64,000 nt of DNA. Origin: Myxococcota bacterium (GTDB taxonomy: Bacteria > Myxococcota_A > Polyangia > Polyangiales > Sandaracinaceae). The notes beneath the pieces were generated by a model. It worked only from the letters and a program-made list of their open reading frames with translations. It made no database searches and was not told the DNA's origin. A program made the position numbers and the translations under genes. The DNA is taken from positions 1-64,000 of the forward strand of contig JAYZQJ010000155.1 in assembly GCA_036149055.1 (NCBI GenBank), written 5' to 3'. Below are positions 56,180 to 64,000 of this stretch, piece by piece (positions within the stretch are counted from its first letter, which is position 1; each line of letters begins with the position of its first letter).

Positions 56180-56842
56180 TCACCCCAGAAGGACACGCTC
56201 GCCGTCGACGGCGGTGTCCTTCTCCGAGCGGATGGAGGTCCGGTGGGCGAAGAGGCTCATGCCTCCCCGCGCGATGCTGCGCAGCGTCCCCGCGCGCACC
56301 TGCAGGAGCGACTCCACGTCGCGGAAGACGTCCTTGGCGCGCTCGCGGATGCGGTTGGCGCGCAGGCTCCACCGATCGGCGGAGATGGCGACCTGGTCGG
56401 CCTCGGTCACGAGCTGGCGCACCCGCTGAGTGAGCGCGTCGGCCTCGATCTCGATCTCCGGCGCCGCGAGCCGGAGCTTCTCCGGCGCGGACAGCGTCAC
56501 GCCGTCCTTCGCGTCGTAGCGCGCGATCCAGCCGCCGTCGTCGCCGCGGAGCACGATCTGGCCGTCCTCCACCGTGGCCCGCGCGCCGTCGACCTCGAGG
56601 ACCCCGGGCGCGAGGCGCGCGACGAGCACGCCGGTCACGTAGACGCCGCCCTCGGACGCCGCGCAGAGCACGCGGTCGCCCTCGCTCGGAAGGTAGCCGT
56701 GCACGGCGTTGCGCGCGTCCACGAGGGCTCCGGCGAGGTCGGCGCGGTGGAGGCGAACGCGCCCCTCGGCGACCTCCGCGATCACCCCCTCGAAGAGGGC
56801 GGCGGCGCGCGCGCTGGCTTCACGGCTGGCTGTCGAGCTCAC
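56180..56842 (-). CDS. DUF3540 family T6SS accessory protein
   Basis: YLPSEGDRVL...VYVTGVL; C-terminal VDGERVLLG. Confidence 0.85.
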   Translation of the reverse strand: MSSTASREASARAAALFEGVIAEVAEGRVRLHRADLAGALVDARNAVHGYLPSEGDRVLCAASEGGVYVTGVLVARLAPGVLEVDGARATVEDGQIVLRGDDGGWIARYDAKDGVTLSAPEKLRLAAPEIEIEADALTQRVRQLVTEADQVAISADRWSLRANRIRERAKDVFRDVESLLQVRAGTLRSIARGGMSLFAHRTSIRSEKDTAVDGERVLLG

Positions 56843-56877
56843 TGTGTCTCCTCCCGTCGGTCGTCATCCCACCGCGC

Positions 56878-59211
56878 TCAGGTCGTCTGCGTGGTGAAGT
56901 CCTCGGCCCGCGCCCGCTCCTCGTCGGTCCAGGCGGCGTGGTCGGTGCGGGCGCCCGTCAGGTGCGCCCCCTCGAGCTGGGTCCGGTGCAGGGTCGCGCA
57001 CCGCAGGTCGGCGTCCATCAGCACCGCCCTCCGCGCGTCCGCGCGGCTCAGGTCGGCGAAGCTCAGGTCCGCGCGGATGAGGTTCGCGCCGACGAGGCGC
57101 GCGTCCTCGAGGAGCGCGTGCGAGATGCGGGCGCGCTCCAGCTTGGACTCCGAGAGGTTCGCGCCCATGAGGTGCGCGTCGGTCAGGTCGACGTCGCTCG
57201 CGTCGACCCGCGACAGATCCGCCTCGGGCGCGTCCAGGCCCTCGGCGCGAGCCCCCGCCAGCTTCGCGCCCCGGAGGTCGGCCCCGCTCAGCCTCACCTG
57301 ACGGAGCGACGCGCCTCGCAGGTCGGCGCCCGCCATCCGGCCGCGCGCGAAGCTCGAGTCGTCGAGCACGCACTCCGCCAGCGAGACGCCGTCGGCCACG
57401 CAGTCCTCCACGAGGCACGCGACGAGCTCCACGCCGTCGAGGCGACACGCCGTCAGGTCGGCCCCGGTCAGGTCGGCCTCGTGCAGCCGGGCGCCGCGGA
57501 GGTCCGCGCCGTCGACCCGTTCCGTCCTCAGGTGCGCGCCCCGCAGGTCGACACCGGCGAGGCGCGCCTGCCGGAGGTCGACGCCGTCGAGGTTGGCGCC
57601 CGTCCAGCGCGCCCGCCCGAGCCCGGCGCCGCTCAGATCCGCCTCGCTCAGGTCGGCGCCGGTGAAGTCGCAGTCGGCGAGGTCGAGCCCGCGCAGGCGC
57701 GCCCCCGCGAGGTCGGCGCCGACCAGGCTCAGGCCCTCGAAGTCCACCCGCGAGAAGTCCACCTCGCCGAGCGGGACGCCGCGCAGGGAGCAGCCCGCGA
57801 CCAGGAAGCGGTCGAGCGGCAGCCCGTCGAGCGTGGCCTCGTCCAGGACGGCGCCGGCGAAGTCGGCGCCGTCGATCCGCGCGTCCGTCAGGTCCGCGCC
57901 GGTGAGATCGGCGCCGGCGAGCCGGGCCTCCTCGAGCCCGGCCCGGACGAGGCGCGCGCCGCGCAGATCGCAGCCCTCGAGGTCGGCGCCGCGGAGCTTC
58001 GCCCCCGCGAGATCGACGCCGGCCAGGGGGACCGCGCGGAGCTCGGCCCCGCTCAGATCCGCGCCGGCGAGGAGCACCCCGTCCATGGCGACCCGGGCGA
58101 GCGGCCAGGCGCCGAGCTTCGACCCGGCGAGGCTCGTCGCGTGCATCGACGCCGGGGGGCTCGCGCCCTGGAGGTCGCTCCCGCTCAGCTCGACCTCGCG
58201 CAGCGTGACGCCGTCGAGGCGCGCGTCGGTGAAGCGCGAGCCCGGCGAGCGCACGTCGACGAAGGTCGCGTCCGTCAGGTCGGCGCCGCGCGCGTCGAGC
58301 TCTGCGCCCCGGACGCGCTCCCAGCGCGAGCCGCGCGCGTCGGCGGACTCGACGCTCACCCCGGAGGCGACGCACTCGAAGACCGAGAGGCCCCGGAGGC
58401 GAGCCCGGGTCAGGCGCGCGCCGGAGAGCTCGACGTCGCGGAGCGCGGCGCCCCGCAGGTCGACGTCGGGCAGGGAAGCGTCGGTGAGGCGGGTGTGCTC
58501 GACGGTCGCCTCGGCGAGCGAGCTCGGCGCGCCTTCGGCCCGGAGCCGGGCCAGGTCGGTCGACACCAGGTAGGCGTGCTCGAGCGAGGCGCCCTCGAGG
58601 ACCACGTCGGGCGCGACCGCGTCCCGGAGATCGATCCGCGGCAGGCGCGCCCCGCGGAAGCTGGCGCCCTCGAGGCTCGCGCCGATCGCCGCGAGGCGGG
58701 GCAGCTCACCGCACTCGATCCGCAGCCCGTCGGCGAGCGCGCGCACCAGCGAGGCGTCGGTCCCCGTGCAGTCGCGGAGCGTGGCCTCCTCGAGGCGCGC
58801 GTCCTCCAGACCGACGCGGCCCAGGCTGCACGCCTCGAGCGTCGCCCCGCCGAGGTCGGCGCCGGCGAGCCACGCCTCGTCGAGCTGGCAGCGATGGAAG
58901 CGCGTCCGCGCGAGGTTGGCGCCCCCCGCCCGCATCGAGGTGAGATCGCAGTCGAGGACCTCGGCCTCCAGGAGCGCGCCGGACGTGAGCCGCGCCTCCC
59001 GCAGGATCACCCGCTCGAGCCGGGCGCGGACGAGCTTCACCGAGTCGAGCTCCGCGCCGCTCAGGTCGCATCCCACCCAGGTCGTGTCGAGCAGCACGCC
59101 GCCACGCAGCCCGGCGCCGGCGAGATCCACGCCCTCGATCCGGCAGCCCGAGAGGGTGCGCTTCGCGGAGCGCTCGAGCAGCTCCTCGCGTGTGGTGATG
59201 ACGTCGCTCAC
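56878..59211 (-). CDS. Long pentapeptide repeat protein
   Basis: About 777 aa, almost entirely A(D/R)Lxx repeats; GTGA overlap with the upstream gene. Confidence 0.9.
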   Translation of the reverse strand: MSDVITTREELLERSAKRTLSGCRIEGVDLAGAGLRGGVLLDTTWVGCDLSGAELDSVKLVRARLERVILREARLTSGALLEAEVLDCDLTSMRAGGANLARTRFHRCQLDEAWLAGADLGGATLEACSLGRVGLEDARLEEATLRDCTGTDASLVRALADGLRIECGELPRLAAIGASLEGASFRGARLPRIDLRDAVAPDVVLEGASLEHAYLVSTDLARLRAEGAPSSLAEATVEHTRLTDASLPDVDLRGAALRDVELSGARLTRARLRGLSVFECVASGVSVESADARGSRWERVRGAELDARGADLTDATFVDVRSPGSRFTDARLDGVTLREVELSGSDLQGASPPASMHATSLAGSKLGAWPLARVAMDGVLLAGADLSGAELRAVPLAGVDLAGAKLRGADLEGCDLRGARLVRAGLEEARLAGADLTGADLTDARIDGADFAGAVLDEATLDGLPLDRFLVAGCSLRGVPLGEVDFSRVDFEGLSLVGADLAGARLRGLDLADCDFTGADLSEADLSGAGLGRARWTGANLDGVDLRQARLAGVDLRGAHLRTERVDGADLRGARLHEADLTGADLTACRLDGVELVACLVEDCVADGVSLAECVLDDSSFARGRMAGADLRGASLRQVRLSGADLRGAKLAGARAEGLDAPEADLSRVDASDVDLTDAHLMGANLSESKLERARISHALLEDARLVGANLIRADLSFADLSRADARRAVLMDADLRCATLHRTQLEGAHLTGARTDHAAWTDEERARAEDFTTQTT

Positions 59212-60323
59212 CGCTCTTCGATCACCCGGATGCGGGTCATGTCGGCGTCGTCGAGGCGCGCCCCGCCGAGGTCGATGCTGCAGAACGTGGCGTCGCCGAA
59301 GCGCGCGCCCGCGCAGTCCGCCCGATCGAGGAGCACGCCGTCGAGCAGGGCCCCGTCGAAGGTCGCCCCGGTGAGTCGCGCCCCGTCGAAGGTGGTGCGC
59401 ACGATCTGGGCGCCGCGGAGATCGGCGTCTCCGAGGAGCGCGCCGCTCGCGTCGCAGAGCGAGAGGTTGGTCCGCGAGAGATCGGCCCGGGGCAGCGTCG
59501 CGCCCTTCAGGCTCGCGCCGTGGAGGTTGGCGCCGGCGGCGCGCATCGAGGGCCGTCCGTCGGCCGCCTCCCCGGCGACCCCCGCGAGGCACGCGCCCAC
59601 CAGGCTGGCTTCGGTGAGGTCGACCTCGACGAAGGTGGCGCCGGTGAAGTCGGCGTGGCCGAGCGTGGCGGACCGAGCCCGGAGCCGCTCGCAGCGGGCG
59701 GACGACGCGGCCGCGCGCTCGAAGCGCGCGCCCTCCGCGTCGAGGTCGATCAGGGTGGCCCCGGTGAGGTTGGTGCGGAGGAAGCGCGCGCCCCGCGCCA
59801 CGCAGCCCAGGAGGTGCGCGGAGGACAGATCGGCGTCGTCCAGGAAGGCGCTGGTCAGATCGCAGCTGTCGACCACCGTGTCGAGGAGGAGCGCGCCCCC
59901 GAGGTTGGTCGCCTCGAGGCGGCACCGCTCCAGCTGGGAGCGGCTCAGATCCGCCCGCGTGAAGGTCGCCCCGGTGAGATCGCACTCGTTCAGCGTGGCC
60001 AGCGGCATCTCGCAGCCGTCGAGGGTCGCGCGGCCGAAGAGGCAGCGCTCGGCGGTGACGGTGAACCAGCTCGAGCCGGAGAGCGTCGCCTCCCGGAAGC
60101 TGCAGCCGCGAAACGTCGCGTTCATCAGCCGCACGCCGTCGAGCTTCGCCCGGTCGAAGATCACGTCCTCGAACAGACCGGCCGCGAAGTGGACGCCCCG
60201 CAGATCGATCTCGCTCAGGTCGAGCCCGACGATGTGCGTGGCGGAGAGCCCGCGGCGGGTCGCGGCCCGCTCGAGGACCGCCTCGCGCGAGTCGAGGCGA
60301 GTCCGGTCGACCTCAGCCGTCAT
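59208..60323 (-). CDS. Pentapeptide repeat protein
   Basis: A(D/T/R)(L/F)xx repeats; ATGA overlap with vgrG. Confidence 0.9.
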   Translation of the reverse strand: MTAEVDRTRLDSREAVLERAATRRGLSATHIVGLDLSEIDLRGVHFAAGLFEDVIFDRAKLDGVRLMNATFRGCSFREATLSGSSWFTVTAERCLFGRATLDGCEMPLATLNECDLTGATFTRADLSRSQLERCRLEATNLGGALLLDTVVDSCDLTSAFLDDADLSSAHLLGCVARGARFLRTNLTGATLIDLDAEGARFERAAASSARCERLRARSATLGHADFTGATFVEVDLTEASLVGACLAGVAGEAADGRPSMRAAGANLHGASLKGATLPRADLSRTNLSLCDASGALLGDADLRGAQIVRTTFDGARLTGATFDGALLDGVLLDRADCAGARFGDATFCSIDLGGARLDDADMTRIRVIEER

Positions 60324-63313
60324 CCGAGGAACACCTTGCCCTTGATGTCGACCTTCGTCGCCGAGATCTCGAAGCCCGCCTTCCCGTCGATCTTGCCGCC
60401 GGACGCGGTCACGGAGATCTTCGCTCCGCCTCGCTCCTTCGTCATCCGCGCTTCGCTGCTGTTCGCGAGGAACATGCCGCCGCCGTTGTACTTCGCGAGG
60501 ATCTCACCGCCGTTGGCGTAGAAACGCGACTTGCCGTCGTGCTCCCACAGAATGCGCCCCTTCACCTTCGCGTCCCACGTGCCCTTGCCCGTGACCTTCA
60601 CGTCCCCCTCGCTGCTCGTGAAGCTCCACTTCTTCGCGGTCAGCTTCGCCTCGTCGCCGCCGTCGACGTCGAGCAGCTCCTTCGACTTCACGTAGAACTT
60701 CTTCTTCGCCTCGAGCTTCGTGTCGTCCTCGGAGGTGACGCTGAGGTTTTTCCCCACCTTGACCGTGGTGTCGGCGCCCGACTCCACCTTGATCTGCTGC
60801 TTGCCCTTCACGTCGAGCAGGATGTCCGTCGAGATCTTCACCGTCTTGGCGGCGAGCTCGGCGTGGGTCCCACCGAAGAGGCAGAGCGAGCTGTCGGACG
60901 CGACCATCGCCCGAGACCGGCCGTACGTATAGTTGACATGCGGAGAGACCTGATAGGTGCCCTGCATGCCGAACGTCACGAGGCTGTCGGTGGCATAGTT
61001 CAGGTGATAGTTCTCTCCCGGTATCCGCAAGTTCCACGAGCCCCGCGGACGCGAGCTGAGGATGGCGTCGGTCTGATCGATGGCGAGTCCCCTCGCCGCC
61101 GCCCAAGCGGTCGCGTTGATCAGCTTCTGAGAGTCCTTGTGGGCGTCGCTGAAGAGCTTCTTCTTCGCGGCCATGACCGCGCTCGCCGCGGCGCCGGCCT
61201 TGTTGGCGGCGTCCCAGCCGGGCTTGATCCAGTCCCCGTAGGTGCTGCCGTCGCCGCTCCACTTCCCGTCGAGGGTGACCGGCCCGAGCACCGGGTCGGC
61301 GCCGATGCTCTTGACCTCGTTGTAGGTCGAGACGTCTCCCGCGTCGGCCGCCCCCGAGTCGATCTTCTCCTGGATGATCCGGGCGCGCATCTGCGCCTCG
61401 GTCTCGTAGATCTTCTGGCCGTCCGACGTCTGGACGTACTGCGCGTCGTCCGGGTACTTCGGCGCGGGCGTGCCCAGGATGGCGTCCTCCGCCGCCTTCT
61501 TGCGCCCGTCGATGTTCTTCTTGTGGCTGTCCTTCATGGACTTGCCGAAGCCCATCACGCTGTCGGTCAGCCCGGCGAGGGCCTGGGACGCCTTGAGCCC
61601 GGAGTTGAAGAGCTTCTCGACCTTCTCGAAGCCGACGATCGGGTTGGGGATCCCCGCCACCGACGTGACGTTGGTCCCGGTCACGCTGCCCTTGATCTCG
61701 GCGATGGTGCTCTTCACGTCCGAGAACGCCGCCGCGGTGCCGGCCGCCTGGGTGACCACGTTGGCGCTCGAGGAGATGATCGCGCCCGCCTCGGCCGCGT
61801 TGGGCGCGCCGAGCTGGAACACGGTGCCCTCGAACGGCGTGGACATCTTGATGCGGTGCTGGCCGTCCTCGTCGCTGATGTCGATCTCGTTGCCGCCGCC
61901 GGTCCGGATCAGGTTCCGGTCGCGGTTCTGGCTGCTCACCGGGCTGGCGGTGCTCGGGTTCGGCACCGTGCCGGTGATGATCGGGCGGTCGGGGTCGCCG
62001 TCGACGCAGCTGAGGATCACCTCCACGCCGGGGCGCAGCGGGAAGTGGAGGCCGTAGCCTTCGCCGGCGTGCGGCTGAGCCATGCGCACCAGCCGGCTCG
62101 CCTGCCCCTCGCCGCGCTCCGCCGTGTCGAACATGAAGCGGACGCGGTAGCGGCCCTGGTCGTCGACGTCCGCGTAGCCGTCCTGCACGCCGGCGTCGAC
62201 GATCCCGGTGATGACGCCGCCGACCCGCGGCTTGGGCGTGACCCGCGGCGGGCGGTAGCGGGTCGAGGAGGTGATCGCGGTGATCACCGTGGTCACGTCG
62301 GACCCGCCGTCGCTCCCGTCGGTGCCCCAGCGCTGCTCGACCTTGGTCACGAGCAGGGCGACGTCGCCAAGCGGGTGGTTCGCGAGCAGGACGGTCTGCC
62401 CGGCGGCGAGGGCCGGGGCGACGCCCTCGCAGGTCCAGATCCGCTCCCGGGCGAGCAGCTCCTGGGCCCGGATGTCCGCGAAGCGCTGCCCCTCGTTCGG
62501 CCCCTTGAAGTGCGCGCCGTACTCGACGATCTCGCCGAGCCCGTCCGCCTTCACGTCGGCCGAGGCCTTCAGGTCGACGCCCGGCGTGCGGTAGTTGTAG
62601 TCGCGCACGGTGTAGCGGCGCGGCATCGCGTTGCGGCGCACGTCGACCTGCAGCACGCGCTCGTGGAGGCCCTCCGCGGCGCCGCCCGCGGGCAGGAACG
62701 GCAGCTCGGGCGTGCGCTCCGACTCGGGGAACACGCTGTTGTCGTCGCCGAACGTCAGCACGTCCTTCCCCTGCGTGCAGTCCACGAAGAAGAAGATGCC
62801 GTGGTGCTCGCAGAGGCGGCTGATGAACGCGAAGTCCGTCTCCTTGTACTGGACGACGAACTCGAGCGGCGGGTAGTCCTCGGTGAGCCCCTCGAGGTCG
62901 AAGTGCTCGCCCGCCTCGAGGCCGCAGCGGGTCAGGCACTCCGCGATGATCTCGGGGACCGAGACCTCCATGAAGATGTCGAGGTACTCGCGCATCGTGG
63001 CCGCGAAGCAGCGGGGCACGAGCGTGATCTCGTAGCGGTGCCGCGCCGAGTGCGGGTCGGCCAGGTTGCGGATCTCCGAGACGAGGCCGAAGACGCGGTG
63101 GACCTCCTCGTCGGCGGTGGAGAAGGCGAGCGACGCCGGCTTCAGCATCACGGCGTCTTCGTCGAGCGCCCCGTCTCCCCCCTGCTCCGCTTCGATCTTC
63201 CAGACCGGGAGGGTGGAGAGGGCGTCGAGACCCGAGACCCGCTCGATGACGAGCTCGTCACCGGTCAGGGAATCGCTCTCCAGGCGTAGGGTGAGGTCGC
63301 GCTCCAGGGCCAT
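60320..63313 (-). CDS. vgrG: Type VI secretion tip protein VgrG with internal insertion
   Basis: VQYKETDFAFISRLCEHHGIFF, RDYNYRTP, RPPRVTPKP, DDQGRYRVRF, GLHFPLRPGVEV, GDPDRP; start MALERD at 63313. Confidence 0.95.
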   Translation of the reverse strand: MALERDLTLRLESDSLTGDELVIERVSGLDALSTLPVWKIEAEQGGDGALDEDAVMLKPASLAFSTADEEVHRVFGLVSEIRNLADPHSARHRYEITLVPRCFAATMREYLDIFMEVSVPEIIAECLTRCGLEAGEHFDLEGLTEDYPPLEFVVQYKETDFAFISRLCEHHGIFFFVDCTQGKDVLTFGDDNSVFPESERTPELPFLPAGGAAEGLHERVLQVDVRRNAMPRRYTVRDYNYRTPGVDLKASADVKADGLGEIVEYGAHFKGPNEGQRFADIRAQELLARERIWTCEGVAPALAAGQTVLLANHPLGDVALLVTKVEQRWGTDGSDGGSDVTTVITAITSSTRYRPPRVTPKPRVGGVITGIVDAGVQDGYADVDDQGRYRVRFMFDTAERGEGQASRLVRMAQPHAGEGYGLHFPLRPGVEVILSCVDGDPDRPIITGTVPNPSTASPVSSQNRDRNLIRTGGGNEIDISDEDGQHRIKMSTPFEGTVFQLGAPNAAEAGAIISSSANVVTQAAGTAAAFSDVKSTIAEIKGSVTGTNVTSVAGIPNPIVGFEKVEKLFNSGLKASQALAGLTDSVMGFGKSMKDSHKKNIDGRKKAAEDAILGTPAPKYPDDAQYVQTSDGQKIYETEAQMRARIIQEKIDSGAADAGDVSTYNEVKSIGADPVLGPVTLDGKWSGDGSTYGDWIKPGWDAANKAGAAASAVMAAKKKLFSDAHKDSQKLINATAWAAARGLAIDQTDAILSSRPRGSWNLRIPGENYHLNYATDSLVTFGMQGTYQVSPHVNYTYGRSRAMVASDSSLCLFGGTHAELAAKTVKISTDILLDVKGKQQIKVESGADTTVKVGKNLSVTSEDDTKLEAKKKFYVKSKELLDVDGGDEAKLTAKKWSFTSSEGDVKVTGKGTWDAKVKGRILWEHDGKSRFYANGGEILAKYNGGGMFLANSSEARMTKERGGAKISVTASGGKIDGKAGFEISATKVDIKGKVFLG

Positions 63314-63360
63314 GGCCGGTAGTATCCGCAATCGGTGAACCCTCTACAAGGCTACGACCC

Positions 63361-63945
63361 GTGACGGATGCAGAACACGATCCTCAGGCGCCGGTGGACC
63401 CCGAGCTGGCCCGCGCGCTCGCCTACGTGCACGAGAAGCTCGGCGAGGGCATCTTGCGCGACACGGAGCTGAGCGCGCACGTCTACGCGCTCACCGAGAC
63501 CCTCGTCGCGTCCGGCGTCCTGTCGCTGCACGAGCTGGAGAAGCGCAAGGCGCGCACCCGCGAGCAGATGATCCAGGGCACGCTCACCCAGTGGCAGGGC
63601 GCCGAGGTGCTGAACGATCCGACCGACAAGTACACGGTGGAGGGGCCCCGCATCGACTGCGCGTCCCGACTACACCTCTGCAAGGCAGCCTGCTGCCGGC
63701 TCGACTTCCACCTCTCTCGCCAGGATCTGCAGGAGGGCGTGGTGAAGTGGGACGTCGGCCGGCCCTACCACATCCGCCATCGCGAGGACGGCTGGTGCTC
63801 GCACTGCGACCCCGAGACGAAGGGGTGCCACGTGCACGCCCAGCGGCCGCTCGTCTGCCGGCAGTACGACTGCCGTGAGGACTCGCGGATCTGGGAGGAC
63901 TTCGAGAAGGCGATCCCGAACCCGTCGCTCAACGTGCTCCGCTGA
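63361..63945 (+). CDS. YkgJ/CxxCxxCC-family cysteine cluster protein with N-terminal helical extension
   Basis: CASRLHLCKAACC...DGWCSHC...CHVHAQRPLVCRQYDC. Confidence 0.85.
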   Translation: MTDAEHDPQAPVDPELARALAYVHEKLGEGILRDTELSAHVYALTETLVASGVLSLHELEKRKARTREQMIQGTLTQWQGAEVLNDPTDKYTVEGPRIDCASRLHLCKAACCRLDFHLSRQDLQEGVVKWDVGRPYHIRHREDGWCSHCDPETKGCHVHAQRPLVCRQYDCREDSRIWEDFEKAIPNPSLNVLR

Positions 63946-64000
63946 TCACGGGAGCTGGATGACGGAGAAGACGGTGTCCATCGGGTCCTTGCAGACGCCG

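Overview
A very GC-rich window whose gene content points to a myxobacterium (Polyangia/Sandaracinus-like; inferred from a TIGR02265 gene, Myxococcus Cys-rich repeats and many lipoproteins with acidic Pro/Asp/Ala/Gly linkers). From left to right: (1) a non-coding array of alternating palindromes with a 41-42 bp period (1123-1452), 200 bp upstream of an uncharacterised helical protein that is followed by a strong hairpin; (2) a ~10 kb lower-GC island (~3790-13890) bounded by imperfect direct repeats, carrying a DUF2971 gene, a lipoprotein plus large secreted protein pair, and an EACC1 + caspase-pseudokinase conflict module; (3) secreted or lipoprotein hydrolases and adhesin-like genes (mcl-PHA depolymerase-like, heparinase II/III-like, CRTAC1/ASPIC, FG-GAP, pectate lyase), two of them with divergent sigma-54 promoters, plus a truncated nucleotidyltransferase remnant and a Kef-type antiporter; (4) a translationally coupled operon of a degenerate AddB-like protein, an AddA-like helicase-nuclease with a C-terminal extension, and a UvrD helicase with a RelE-like N-terminus; (5) a VgrG / 2x pentapeptide / DUF3540 / DUF4150-PAAR / DUF2169 type VI secretion tip module whose VgrG has a large internal insert. 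No rRNA, tRNA, integrase, transposase or cas gene was recognised. All family calls come from motif recognition by eye, not database searches.
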